A stretch of DNA of 64,000 nt from Minisyncoccia bacterium (GCA_046598345.1 JBKJIT010000003.1:156549-220548), one strand, 5' to 3'; counted from the stretch's first letter, positions 53,215 to 63,366 are shown. Numbers and translations are program-made. Notes: generated from the sequence alone by a model not told the origin.

Positions 53215-53256
53215 ATGTAAAGTATACTTTACATTTAGATATTGAATCTATATACT
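53215..53256 (+). promoter_or_regulatory. Operator copy 3 overlapping promoter
   Basis: Perfect palindrome atgtaaagtatactttacat; TTTACA-N17-TATACT. Confidence 0.75.
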
Positions 53257-53285
53257 TATCTCTATTAATACGCAATCATAAAAAT

Positions 53286-53930
53286 ATGAATAAAAATATA
53301 GGAATTGTTGTTGGGGCGATAGCACTCGTTGTCATTGTTGGAGGAGTCTTCGCTTCAATCAGCGACACAGATAATGCCGCGATGATGGAGAAGCAAAAGA
53401 TGGAGCAGGTGGCGATGGAGAAAGAAAAAATGGAAAAGGAAGCAATGCTGAAAGAGCAGATGATGAAAGATGAAGCAATGGAGAAGGATGCATTGACAAA
53501 AGCAGAGGACTCAATGATGAAAGAGGATGACGCAACTATGATGGAAAAAGACGAGGGGGCGATGATGGACACGTCGACAGACGGTACTTTGATGAAAGAC
53601 GAGCAAGTCATGATGAAAGCGGGTTCATATGAGTCGTATGCATCTACAAAGGTTGCGATGGCTTCCGTAAGCCACGACGTCGTACTCTTTTTCCGTGCGA
53701 GCTGGTGCCCGACCTGTAGGGCAGTAGATGCAGACATCAAGGCCCATCTAAAAGATATTCCTGGGACTCTCTCTATCCTCGACGTAGACTACGACAATTC
53801 AACTGATCTCAAGAAAAAGTATGGGGTTACCTATCAGCACACATTTGTGCAAGTCGATGCACAAGGAAATCTCATCAAAAAGTGGAGTGGCAGTCCGACG
53901 CTCTCAGCACTTGTTGCGGAAGTAAAATAA
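53286..53930 (+). CDS. Membrane-anchored thioredoxin with Met-rich linker
   Basis: TM, MMEK/MMKD/MMKE repeats, WCPTC, YGVTYQHT. Confidence 0.9.
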   Translation: MNKNIGIVVGAIALVVIVGGVFASISDTDNAAMMEKQKMEQVAMEKEKMEKEAMLKEQMMKDEAMEKDALTKAEDSMMKEDDATMMEKDEGAMMDTSTDGTLMKDEQVMMKAGSYESYASTKVAMASVSHDVVLFFRASWCPTCRAVDADIKAHLKDIPGTLSILDVDYDNSTDLKKKYGVTYQHTFVQVDAQGNLIKKWSGSPTLSALVAEVK

Positions 53931-53934
53931 CACA

Positions 53935-55314
53935 ATGGTACTCCTACTCGTATCATTCATAGCTGGAGTACTGACGGTACTTGCGCCCTGCGTACTCCCG
54001 CTTCTTCCAGTGATTGTGGGTGGAAGTATTGGTGGTGGCAAGAGCTGGAAGCGTGCAATAACCGTTACCGCGTCACTTGCGGTTTCGGTTATTGTGTTTA
54101 CACTTCTCATAAAAGCGAGTACGCTTTTTATCGACATACCGCAGGATTTCTGGAAGTGGTTTTCCGGTAGTATTATCATCGTTTTCGGGCTCGTTACTGT
54201 TTTCCCGAACCTGTGGGAGAAATTGCCCTTTCTCTCAAAACTAAGCATTGGAAGCAATAAGTTGCTTTCCACTGGTTACCAAAAACAAAACTTCGTAGGC
54301 GATGCTATTGTCGGCGCGTCGCTCGGTCCAGTGTTCTCGACGTGTAGCCCGACGTATTTTCTTGTATTAGCTGCAGTACTTCCTGAAAATCTTGGTTTGG
54401 GCATACTGTACCTCATTGCTTATTCTTTCGGACTCTCACTCTCGCTCCTACTCGTTGCTTTTGTTGGACAGAAGATTATAGACAGGGCAGGAGTTGTTGC
54501 AAACTCGCATGGCTGGTTTAAGAAAACTCTTGGAGTACTGTTTCTGATTGTAGGCATCGCGATAATTTTCGGAGTGGACAAATCACTCCAAGTAAAAGTA
54601 CTCGATGCAGGATTTTTTGACGTAACAAAGATTGAGCAAAAATTGCTTGAATTAGTCCCTCGAGGTAAAGGGGAAGACGTCTCGGTTATACGTGAAAAAG
54701 AGGGAGTGGCACCAGTACCAGTGATTGTTGCTGAAGCAAAACCTGTTGTAGAGAAAGAAATGCCTGTGACTGTATCCGATATAGAGAATAACACTGTAGT
54801 ACAATCAGTTATTTCTCCTGCACCTGTTCGTGATGTAGAAAGTTTGGACGTGCGTGCTCCAGAAATAGTAAATCCTAGTGGGTTTATCAATACGGATGGA
54901 AAGCCAATTACTTTCGGAGAATTTAAAGGAAAGAAAGTGGTTCTGGTAAGTTTCTGGACATACAGCTGTATAAACTGCCAACGCACATTGCCATACCTAA
55001 ACTCATGGTATGAAAAGTATAAGGATCAAGGATTGGAAATAGTGAGTATCCACACACCAGAGTTTGCGTACGAGCAGGTCTTAAAAAATGTTGAAAAAGA
55101 GGTACTCAACACATACGACATCAAATATCCCGTGGTTCTCGACAACGACTATAGTACGTGGAAAGCGTTTGGAAATCGTTATTGGCCGAGGAAGTATCTC
55201 GTTGATATTGATGGGTATATCGTATATGACCATATTGGTGAAGGGGCGTATGATGAGACAGAAGAAGAGATACAGGAAGCACTCAAAAAACGCGCAGAAC
55301 GATTAGGTCAATAA
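53935..55314 (+). CDS. DipZ-like CcdA plus TlpA thioredoxin fusion
   Basis: PCVLPLLP, TCSP, FWTYSCINC, HTPEF, NRYWP. Confidence 0.9.
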   Translation: MVLLLVSFIAGVLTVLAPCVLPLLPVIVGGSIGGGKSWKRAITVTASLAVSVIVFTLLIKASTLFIDIPQDFWKWFSGSIIIVFGLVTVFPNLWEKLPFLSKLSIGSNKLLSTGYQKQNFVGDAIVGASLGPVFSTCSPTYFLVLAAVLPENLGLGILYLIAYSFGLSLSLLLVAFVGQKIIDRAGVVANSHGWFKKTLGVLFLIVGIAIIFGVDKSLQVKVLDAGFFDVTKIEQKLLELVPRGKGEDVSVIREKEGVAPVPVIVAEAKPVVEKEMPVTVSDIENNTVVQSVISPAPVRDVESLDVRAPEIVNPSGFINTDGKPITFGEFKGKKVVLVSFWTYSCINCQRTLPYLNSWYEKYKDQGLEIVSIHTPEFAYEQVLKNVEKEVLNTYDIKYPVVLDNDYSTWKAFGNRYWPRKYLVDIDGYIVYDHIGEGAYDETEEEIQEALKKRAERLGQ

Positions 55315-55339
55315 TGAGGGTCGTGTGACTGTGTGAAAT

Positions 55340-55915
55340 ATGTATAAAAAAATTATTTTCGGAGTTGTAGCCATTGTTTTTGTAAGTGTTGTGTATTACG
55401 GTATTTCGCCACTATTCAGAAACACTCGCATTGACGAAGTTGCACCAGTCTCGAAAGAGTCGCCGTTTGCAACTTCTTCAGGCGCAATAGTGGAGACCGA
55501 AGATTCTATGTCAGAGGAAAAATCATCACCAAGCGGGATGAAAAAACCAGTTGATGATACCTTAACTCAACCACGACCCAAAGAGGAGTTACCACTGACG
55601 GTAGTCTCATCACCTATTATTGGTACCACGGGGCATCCTGCAAGCGGAACTGCTCGAATCATCAATACGGAAGGTGGTGCTGTGATTCGCTATGAGAATT
55701 TTAAGACACTTAATGGTCCAGATTTGTTTGTCTATCTGGCAAAAGACCTCGACGCAGAAAGTTTTATAAATCTCGGTGAATTAAAAGCGACTGAAGGTAA
55801 TGTGAATTACGCTGTGCCCACAAATGTAGATGTGAATGAATACAAATACGTCATGGTGTGGTGCAGGCAGTTTGGCGTACTCTTTAATTATGCGGACCTG
55901 TCTTTGATTCGCTAG
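55340..55915 (+). CDS. DM13 domain protein
   Basis: H.ASG, NGPDLFVYL, LG.LK...G..NY, VWC..F.V.F. Confidence 0.88.
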   Translation: MYKKIIFGVVAIVFVSVVYYGISPLFRNTRIDEVAPVSKESPFATSSGAIVETEDSMSEEKSSPSGMKKPVDDTLTQPRPKEELPLTVVSSPIIGTTGHPASGTARIINTEGGAVIRYENFKTLNGPDLFVYLAKDLDAESFINLGELKATEGNVNYAVPTNVDVNEYKYVMVWCRQFGVLFNYADLSLIR

Positions 55916-56215
55916 TGTATACAGCACAATCTAGAATCTTCAAATGAGACGTAGACCGAGACGGGTGTTTTCTGTCACATTTGTATCAGGTCAAAACAGA
56001 TACATTGACGGAAAAACTGAGTTGATTAACAAAGTGCTTGATGAATCTGGATTTGTGAGGTGGAAAGCCAATCTTCCTTAAAGAAGTTCGTACATCGTCC
56101 CAAACGGCAATTTAGACATTTAAAAAAATGATGTTGTCACAGGGTAACCTTGTGGAGGAAATGATGTTGTCACAGGCTAACCCTATGGAGTTATTGGTAG
56201 GTGTATAATTTCGTG

Positions 56216-56749
56216 ATGAAAAATGACAAATACTCTTATAAGGATAGAAAGTACGGAATTGTTTCTTATGACCCAAATTGGGTCCATGCATTTGAAAGCC
56301 TTAGAAAGAAAATCCAACTAATATTTGGTGACGTTTCGATAGAGCATATCGGTAGTACAGCAGTTCCAAACATGTCAGGAAAACCCTGCATTGATGTGCT
56401 AGTTATGATTGATAATTTAGATTCTATAGAACATCATATCGATGAAATGCGTGAAAAGGGATTTGAATATGTGGGAGAACTTGTGGTGGAAGACTCACGC
56501 CTTTTTAGAGTGATGGAAGAGAACATATCACTGGCCAATATTCACTTTTTTCCTAAAGATCATCCACACAATAGCGAGATGCTTGCCATGAGAGATTACC
56601 TTCGAAGTCATCCTGAAGAAGTTGAGGCCTATTCTCAACTAAAAGAGAATTTGTATGCAAAGTACTCTGATGAATATGCTTTGTATAGGAAAGAGAAAGA
56701 TGAATATATGAATGAACTAATGAAGCGAATACGCGATGTCACAATCTAA
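56216..56749 (+). CDS. GrpB/UPF0157 nucleotidyltransferase-like protein
   Basis: YDPNW, IEHIGSTAVP..GKP.ID, RDYLR, Y..LK, Y...K. Confidence 0.9.
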   Translation: MKNDKYSYKDRKYGIVSYDPNWVHAFESLRKKIQLIFGDVSIEHIGSTAVPNMSGKPCIDVLVMIDNLDSIEHHIDEMREKGFEYVGELVVEDSRLFRVMEENISLANIHFFPKDHPHNSEMLAMRDYLRSHPEEVEAYSQLKENLYAKYSDEYALYRKEKDEYMNELMKRIRDVTI

Positions 56750-56805
56750 AAATGTTCTTACATCGTCCATACAGCTCAGCTAAAGAATTTTGCTATAATG
56801 CAAAA

Positions 56806-57351
56806 ATGAAAAAGATTAAAAGTATTTCGTATGATGAAGTTGTCACATTCTTTGAAAAGGAACACCCTGTGGATGAAACATCACCTAACTTTGCTGGGAA
56901 TAAATGGGCAATGAAACACTTGGAGTGGGCAAATGACGTTTCTAAAGGAGAATGGACGTTATGCGAATTAGAACCTGAGGATATACTCGGGATTGTCTTT
57001 TCTCATCATACGTCAGAAGAAACAGAACACAGTTTAATTAATGTGCAGGGCATGACACTCAACCAAACGCTCACCTTAATGAAAGAAAATAATGTTGAAT
57101 ATGCAAAAAACAATCCAGTTTGTTGGTCAAAAATCATGTATTGGCAAAATAAAGATTTTTCGCCGGTACTTTTAAGTACTCGCCCTACTCCAGGAAAAGG
57201 TAAAAGGAGCGATGTGGATATAAATTTAGGAAATCTATTTCATCAAGACGGTTTGCATAGATTAATAAGATGGGGTCTTGATGGAAGGTTTGAACTAAAT
57301 AAGTATTCTCAAGGACCCAAATTAACAGCTTTTGTTTCTGGTCGAATTTAA
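56806..57351 (+). CDS. Hypothetical protein (possible ParB/Srx-like)
   Basis: DGLHRL motif; preceded by TG-C-TATAAT. Confidence 0.65.
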   Translation: MKKIKSISYDEVVTFFEKEHPVDETSPNFAGNKWAMKHLEWANDVSKGEWTLCELEPEDILGIVFSHHTSEETEHSLINVQGMTLNQTLTLMKENNVEYAKNNPVCWSKIMYWQNKDFSPVLLSTRPTPGKGKRSDVDINLGNLFHQDGLHRLIRWGLDGRFELNKYSQGPKLTAFVSGRI

Positions 57352-57706
57352 AAAGTTCCAACATCGTCCCAGACAGCGGAGCTTACTAACTAAGTGAACC
57401 TTACATTTGGGTGCCCATTCTTAATTACCGGCGCAAGAAGGAGAGCTAATGACAGTTCTTCATAACTAACTCATTATGTATTTGTTACGTTTTTAATACA
57501 TATGCAAACTATTTAGCATATGAGAACCAACATAAATGGAATACATACAATTCCTTACTATCAAAAGACTGCATCTATAAATATTAATTTTTAAGAGTTA
57601 CATGACTTAAAATATTTTTGTGTTTGGTACCTATCAGGTAATGCTGATACAACCATGTACTCAATCAAGCGATTTTAGAACACAATTATAAAAATTAAAT
57701 AGAATT

Positions 57707-57964
57707 ATGAATATGGATAACCCAAATATGAACGACGCAGGTCACGATCGAAAGGAGTGGTGGGATGCAAAAAAAGCTGAGCATGAGGCACGATTAGAAA
57801 AAATGGATGCAGAAAAACGATTGGAAGCCAATGATGCGTTCAAAAACTTCAGTGAAGAATTTGACGCTGCAACTGATTGGACTGATGCTAGTTGGGATCA
57901 ATTTAAAGCAAAGGTTAGTAAGACATGGAATGCAGGAGAGGTAGAAGTAGATAACAAAATCTAA
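57707..57964 (+). CDS. Small acidic helical hypothetical protein
   Basis: 85-aa ORF followed by terminator at about 57995-58033. Confidence 0.65.
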   Translation: MNMDNPNMNDAGHDRKEWWDAKKAEHEARLEKMDAEKRLEANDAFKNFSEEFDAATDWTDASWDQFKAKVSKTWNAGEVEVDNKI

Positions 57965-58184
57965 TACCATTAGATTGTACTGATCAAGAAATCAAACAAC
58001 CGCCCTCTCTCACATGAGAGAGGGCGGTTGTTTAGTCAGGAAGCAAAAGAATGGACTTCGGAGCAACAAAAACCAATTCCAACTTCGTCCCTCATATTAA
58101 GCTCACATATACTGTTTCTCCACAGGGTTACTTTGTGGAGTTACTGATAAGTACCCACATTTTGACTGAGTACAATTAAATGCT

Positions 58185-59048
58185 ATGCTCGCGGGAATGA
58201 AAAAATGTCTTCTCGGAGCCCTGGTATTTGCCGTTGCTTTTAGCTATGGAGCAGTTTACCTACTCGAAGCAGAAGAGGTGAGGACTCTTGAGGACTTGTA
58301 CGAGCTTGCTCGCACTCACCCCGATGTCGCTCTGGATAAGATTCCATATATAATAAATGCGAATCCAGAGTTAATGAACCGCTGTCACGAAATTACGCAC
58401 AATATTGGACATATTGCGTACTCAGCTTTTCAAGAGCGTGCGTTTGATTTTGTTAGGCCTATGTGTGGAGCGGGATATCTACACGGAGCTTTAGAGGAGG
58501 CTGTAACATTGGACAGTGTAACTTCACTTGTGGGCGAAGTTCATAAGGTGTGTAAAGAAAATCAAATTGAAGCCTGTCTCCATGGGTTAGGGCATGCCAT
58601 ATTCAATGTAACCCAAAATACAAGCTCAGCTATAGATTTATGTAAAGGAATCACAAGCGAGCATACAGATTGCTATGATGGGGTATTTATGGAACAGTTC
58701 GACTCTGAAAGCTCTCCTATAAAGATTTCTTATAGTGATGGAATGAGTGTATGTCTGAATATGGATCATGACATCCAGGCAAGCTGTTTCTTTTATCTAC
58801 CTAGAACATTGAAGGATCAAGCTGCTAGTGAAGTTGCAATACAGTGTAATGAGCTTGAAACGCCATCTAATTTTATTTGTGCTCAGGGTAGCGGGGTCAT
58901 GTTTATGAAGTATGAACGAACATTTGACACTAACAATGCTCGTAGTATGTGTGACGCTTATGTAGACGCGAAGTTAAAGCAGCCATGCTTAGTTGGAGTA
59001 GAAAGCTACAGTCAATTTGGTTCTTTAGAGAATTCCCGCTGGCAGTAA
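58185..59048 (+). CDS. Secreted Cys/His-rich repeat protein
   Basis: CHEITHNIGH, CGAGYLHG, CLHGLGH, CYDGVFM. Confidence 0.8.
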   Translation: MLAGMKKCLLGALVFAVAFSYGAVYLLEAEEVRTLEDLYELARTHPDVALDKIPYIINANPELMNRCHEITHNIGHIAYSAFQERAFDFVRPMCGAGYLHGALEEAVTLDSVTSLVGEVHKVCKENQIEACLHGLGHAIFNVTQNTSSAIDLCKGITSEHTDCYDGVFMEQFDSESSPIKISYSDGMSVCLNMDHDIQASCFFYLPRTLKDQAASEVAIQCNELETPSNFICAQGSGVMFMKYERTFDTNNARSMCDAYVDAKLKQPCLVGVESYSQFGSLENSRWQ

Positions 59049-59104
59049 GTTCCAACTTCGTCCCTCATATAAAGCTCACGTATACTTTTGGTATACTCAT
59101 GTAA

Positions 59105-59845
59105 ATGGGAAACTTTGAAATGAAGAAACTACTTTTTTACCTGGCCCTCGGTATATTTTTTCTCCTTGTACTCGACACGACTCGGACTTACTTACTTTTT
59201 AGAAAGAGTAAAAGTTTAGTAGAGAAATCCATTCCTTTTGAACGTATAAACGAAAAAGCCGAACAGAAGATCCTGGTTCTTGGAGACAGTACGGCAGTGG
59301 GGACGGGGGTAGAGGAGCCCTCTCTTAGTACTGCCGGTCGTTTGAGTGCCCTCTATCCCGATGCAGAGGTACGGAATCTGGCACAAAATGGAATGCGTGT
59401 GAAAGGCTTAGTTTCAGTTATAGAAGAATTGAAACCGGAAGACCAGTTTTCACTCATACTGGTACAAATAGGGGCGAATGACATTATTCGACTTACCTCA
59501 TTAAAAGACATTGAGAGCGATGCTGAGAAAATTCTTAGTCAGCTCAGAGAACATTCAAGCACTGTACTGATTTTACATTCTGGAAATGTAGGAGAAGCAC
59601 TCTTCTTTCCTCGATATTTTCGTCCACTGTTATCACGACGAAGTCTAGAAGTGCGCGAAATATATCAAAAATTGAGCAATACCCACGGAGCTACCTATGT
59701 AGATTTGATAGATTCAGAGATTGGGACATTACTTACAGAGCATCCCTCAAAATACTATGCAGCGGATTACCTACATCTCAGTGATGAGGGATACGGTCTG
59801 TGGTTTTCTGAAATCCAAAAAAGTTTAACGAACAAACCAATCTAG
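59105..59845 (+). CDS. SGNH/GDSL hydrolase
   Basis: LGDST, GAND, DYLH. Confidence 0.9.
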   Translation: MGNFEMKKLLFYLALGIFFLLVLDTTRTYLLFRKSKSLVEKSIPFERINEKAEQKILVLGDSTAVGTGVEEPSLSTAGRLSALYPDAEVRNLAQNGMRVKGLVSVIEELKPEDQFSLILVQIGANDIIRLTSLKDIESDAEKILSQLREHSSTVLILHSGNVGEALFFPRYFRPLLSRRSLEVREIYQKLSNTHGATYVDLIDSEIGTLLTEHPSKYYAADYLHLSDEGYGLWFSEIQKSLTNKPI

Positions 59846-60078
59846 CACACCAGACATCGGATTTTATTTCGGAAGTAGTACTGGTATACAAAAAGTCACC
59901 ACTGTAACTCCGATTATTGTTGAATACTTTTTGAGCAGGAATCGTATGCTGTTGCCTGCTTTTGTACGTTGCTTCATTTCGCCTATTGTATCAGCAGTTT
60001 TAAAAGTTTTTGCTTAGGAAAATGACCTATATACATGAGGTGAGTGACGTATTGTGAGGGTGTATTATAGTGATATCT

Positions 60079-60294
60079 ATGGCATTTACTTTTACCAAAG
60101 ATCCAAATAGCAGTGCACCGTTACTTAATACTCTACAGATATTCCTACTCGTGCTCATTGTGCTTGGGGTGATGCTCCTCGCGACGCAGGCACTCTGGGT
60201 ACCAAAGGTGGTGGATTACCTCATGCAGGAAGAAAGAGCACCAATTACGGAAGTGGGTACGCATATCCCGCCGTCAGAGGAAGGGGGGCAATAG
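60079..60294 (+). CDS. Small membrane protein
   Basis: Single TM followed by WVPKVVD. Confidence 0.6.
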   Translation: MAFTFTKDPNSSAPLLNTLQIFLLVLIVLGVMLLATQALWVPKVVDYLMQEERAPITEVGTHIPPSEEGGQ

Positions 60295-60340
60295 ACACAC
60301 ACCTGTGGATTACTAGAAGTACAGCAATAATAGCGCTCAC

Positions 60341-60718
60341 ATGACTAAACAAACACTCAAAGACATCTTTAAAATAAGTAGTATTCCAGTAGTACTCGCA
60401 TCGCTTTGTTGTTTTTCTCCCATCATTCTTGTGCTCCTTGGTGTTTCGACCGTGAGCTTTGCGTCGTCATTAGCTGACACCCTCTACGGCGAATATAAGT
60501 GGATATTTAGAGGAGTGGGTATTCTCGCGCTCCTTGTATCCCTCATGTATTATCTGCGGCGTAAGAAAGGAATTTGCACTATTGACGACCTGAAGCGGCG
60601 GCGGAATGAGGTCCTGAATTACATAGCGCTCGTTGTAATTTTGGGAGTCCTAGGCTACGTCTTCTTTCTCTACGTTGTGTTACATTATATCGGCGTGTGG
60701 CTTACTATTTGGCAATAA
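60341..60718 (+). CDS. MerT-like three-TM membrane protein
   Basis: ASLCC..P..LVLLG in the first helix. Confidence 0.6.
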   Translation: MTKQTLKDIFKISSIPVVLASLCCFSPIILVLLGVSTVSFASSLADTLYGEYKWIFRGVGILALLVSLMYYLRRKKGICTIDDLKRRRNEVLNYIALVVILGVLGYVFFLYVVLHYIGVWLTIWQ

Positions 60719-60732
60719 TTACACATATATAT

Positions 60733-61185
60733 ATGGAAAAAATACATTTTGAGACGGTTATCAATGCTCCTCGAGAAAAGGTGTGGGACCTTATGCTGGG
60801 AGATGCCACGTATCGCGTCTGGACGAAGCCATTCAGTGGCAATTCATCCTTTAGAGGTGATTGGAGTGAGGGCTCGAAGATTATATTTGTTGGGGATGAT
60901 GGCAAAGGCGGAGGAGAGATGGGTATGGTGAGTCGGATTGCAGAAAATAGAAAGCCTGAGTTCATATCAATACAACACATGGGTATTTACAAGGATGGGA
61001 TTGAGGACACTCTGAGTGACGAAGCGAAGAAGTGGGCACTGTCATTTGAGAACTACACATTCTTAGAAGTTGAAGGGGGCACCAAGCTTATGGTTGATAT
61101 TGATGTGGAAGCAGAATACAAAGATATGTTCGGGAACATGTGGCCGGAGGCACTCAAAATTCTTAAAGAACTCGCGGAAGCATAA
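60733..61185 (+). CDS. SRPBCC domain protein
   Basis: INAPREKVW, GDW.EGS, WPEAL.ILKELAE. Confidence 0.88.
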   Translation: MEKIHFETVINAPREKVWDLMLGDATYRVWTKPFSGNSSFRGDWSEGSKIIFVGDDGKGGGEMGMVSRIAENRKPEFISIQHMGIYKDGIEDTLSDEAKKWALSFENYTFLEVEGGTKLMVDIDVEAEYKDMFGNMWPEALKILKELAEA

Positions 61186-61212
61186 TTCCTAGACGGTAGA
61201 AAATATTTTTTT

Positions 61213-61860
61213 GTGATGAAACCTAGAATAATCGTATTCGATTTCGATGGGGTGATTTGTGACAGCATGCAGAATGTGCTGGAAGAACTTCGGCGTACAT
61301 ATCCTGAAATCACTCCCGAGATTCACCGAGAAATGGGGGTGGGGAATTGGTATGAGGAGATGGCAAAGCGGAATTTTGTGAAGATTGAAGAAACAGAAGA
61401 AGAAAAAGAACACCACAGGATTGAGTATGCACGGAAGAAGCTCGAAGTCCCCCTATTTGAAGGCATGCACGATCTTCTCAAGGCCTTGCATGAGCGGAAC
61501 TGCGTTCTTGCGCTCAGTACTGCTGCAAACGTAGCGAACTGCGTTCCCATTCTGGAGAAGAATGGGGTTCATGGGCTATTTGATTTTATCGGAACCAGAG
61601 AAGTTTCTCCGAGTAAGGTGGTTAAATTTAAAATTATTAGTGAGAAGTACGCAGTTGCACAAAGTGACATGGTGTTCGTGACGGATACCCTAGGGGACAT
61701 ACGTGAAGCCGACGAAGCGGGAGTGCCTACAATTGCCGTTACCTGGGGTTCTCATGACCGGTCACATTTCCTACGCGAACCCCACAAGAATCTCCTCAAG
61801 ATTGTAGATTCGGTTTTTGAGCTCAGAGCCATTCTTGAGGATGGTAAAATGAAAGCGTGA
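61213..61860 (+). CDS. HAD-superfamily hydrolase
   Basis: FDFDGVICDS, FVTDTLGD, AVTWG. Confidence 0.9.
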   Translation: MMKPRIIVFDFDGVICDSMQNVLEELRRTYPEITPEIHREMGVGNWYEEMAKRNFVKIEETEEEKEHHRIEYARKKLEVPLFEGMHDLLKALHERNCVLALSTAANVANCVPILEKNGVHGLFDFIGTREVSPSKVVKFKIISEKYAVAQSDMVFVTDTLGDIREADEAGVPTIAVTWGSHDRSHFLREPHKNLLKIVDSVFELRAILEDGKMKA

Positions 61861-62055
61861 GTTTCGACAGATCTATTCCCAAGCATCTTTTTCGAGGAAG
61901 TGTCCTCGTACTTTTTGAAATCGGTATTGCGTTTATTTGCGTAAGAAGATATATATCCTTAACCAAGTCTCATCAGAGCTTACTTATACACAAGAAATTA
62001 TGGGGATGAAAGCACAGGTACTTGATGGAGATCTTACTCGAATAACGTAATCAAC

Positions 62056-62238
62056 ATGCGGTTCTTTTCACTCATCTCGCTCCTCGTTGTTGTTGGACTC
62101 ATTGTATGGATGAGTACAAAAAGTATCGATCAATCTGAAACAGTAGATGGAACTTCAGAAAGAAATATCCTCACACCAATTGACGAGGCCGAACATGCAA
62201 AATATTTAATTGAGTCTAGGAACCAAGCTGTGGAGTAG
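62056..62238 (+). CDS. Small membrane protein
   Basis: 60 aa, N-terminal TM. Confidence 0.55.
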   Translation: MRFFSLISLLVVVGLIVWMSTKSIDQSETVDGTSERNILTPIDEAEHAKYLIESRNQAVE

Positions 62239-63259
62239 ACGTGCTCATGTTGGCCATGAGTGTTATGCGTGTTGAGACATCATAAATACCCGTTACTCTG
62301 AGCTTTTTAAGAGTTTGGTATTCGCGTAAGGCTGCCTCAGTGAGTGAGCCAAAATAACCGGTCGCTCCGGCCTCGCGGAGAAGTGTCGTCTTCTCTCCCG
62401 CGTTCGACATCATGAGCGCCATTTGGAGTGTAACGACCGCGTCACTTCTTGAACCAAGTGCAAGTCCTGCGGGAACTCCATCGAGGGTGAAGTTCGATGT
62501 GAATGTATTGAGTGCCGCCCCAAGCGATTTGTCTAATACTATTTTGCTCTGCGCCGCCTCCAAGAAGAATCCGTTGTACCGCTCTACGAGGGACGTTGCG
62601 AGCCTGACACGTTCTTTGGAAGACTTGGTGTTCACGAGCATCCGGTTCGTAAACGTAATATGTTCTGTAAGGGTAAATTCTTTGGTAAGTCGAGGAAATG
62701 GATCAGTTGGTTTACTCTTTCGAATTTCGAGGTGGAGGTGGGGTGTACCACCTTTTGCATTTCCCGTATCACCGACCGTACCAATTACATCTCCTATCTC
62801 GAGAAACTGCCCTGCTTTAAGTGGCGCAATCGAAGCGAGGTGCATATACACAAATGTCTCTCCTCCAGGATTTCTTGTATACACGTATTTACCAGCACTC
62901 CCCTCTGAACCAGTTTTTATAACGACTGCCTTAGTCGGACTCACAATAGGGGTACCAGAAGGGGCGAGGATATCGAGCCCTTCATGGGTTCGTGTACCAC
63001 CACCCCGAGGGTCACCGAAATTTTCAGTGAGATCTTCAAGTTTTACTGTGAAGAGTACCGGAATTGGAAGATTCTGTACGGGATCGTCATCCAGTTTTTT
63101 TACATTTCTTCGAAAGGTAGTGGATTGCGAGCGCATCCAGTCCGTATATTCAGTAACGCCATCGTTGTCATTCGTGTGGGAAGCTTTCGAGTAACTTATG
63201 GGTCCGCTTACAAGCAATAAGAAGGTAATTATAATGAACGGGAATTGTTTTGGGGACAT
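62216..63259 (-). CDS. M23 family metallopeptidase with PG-binding domain
   Basis: HEGLD, YMHL, VGDTGNA, HLHLEI; GYFGSLT.AAL.EYQ. Confidence 0.92.
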   Translation of the reverse strand: MSPKQFPFIIITFLLLVSGPISYSKASHTNDNDGVTEYTDWMRSQSTTFRRNVKKLDDDPVQNLPIPVLFTVKLEDLTENFGDPRGGGTRTHEGLDILAPSGTPIVSPTKAVVIKTGSEGSAGKYVYTRNPGGETFVYMHLASIAPLKAGQFLEIGDVIGTVGDTGNAKGGTPHLHLEIRKSKPTDPFPRLTKEFTLTEHITFTNRMLVNTKSSKERVRLATSLVERYNGFFLEAAQSKIVLDKSLGAALNTFTSNFTLDGVPAGLALGSRSDAVVTLQMALMMSNAGEKTTLLREAGATGYFGSLTEAALREYQTLKKLRVTGIYDVSTRITLMANMSTSTPQLGS

Positions 63260-63274
63260 CTAAAAAGTATACCA

Positions 63275-63306
63275 GTCTTCATAATCTAGCCATGAAGGAA
63301 TTCATT
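63275..63306 (+). repeat. Direct repeat left of array (partner 63666-63696)
   Basis: gtcttcataatc(tag/cc)ccatgaaggaattcatt. Confidence 0.85.
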
Positions 63307-63366
63307 CACATGAGAGGGTAGGGGCGATTTATAGACTTGTAGAAGTTGATGAAATAGAAGAAGGTA

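Noticed and set aside
57455-57483. dif-like site (cataa...ttatg)
   Set aside because: Spacer is 8 bp rather than 6 and the arms match XerC/XerD boxes poorly.
48088-59086. Classical integron attC array
   Set aside because: No RYYYAAC...GTTRRRY long imperfect hairpins and no intI in the window; kept only as an analogous system.
62412-63194. 260-aa antisense ORF, and similar shadows such as 42481-43092, 4219-4833 and 16844-17401
   Set aside because: Antisense to well-supported genes, with no motifs.
63321-63352. Possible fourth array unit (ggggcga...)
   Set aside because: TG falls after 10 nt, there is no second CGA or closing stem, and it lies upstream of the promoter.
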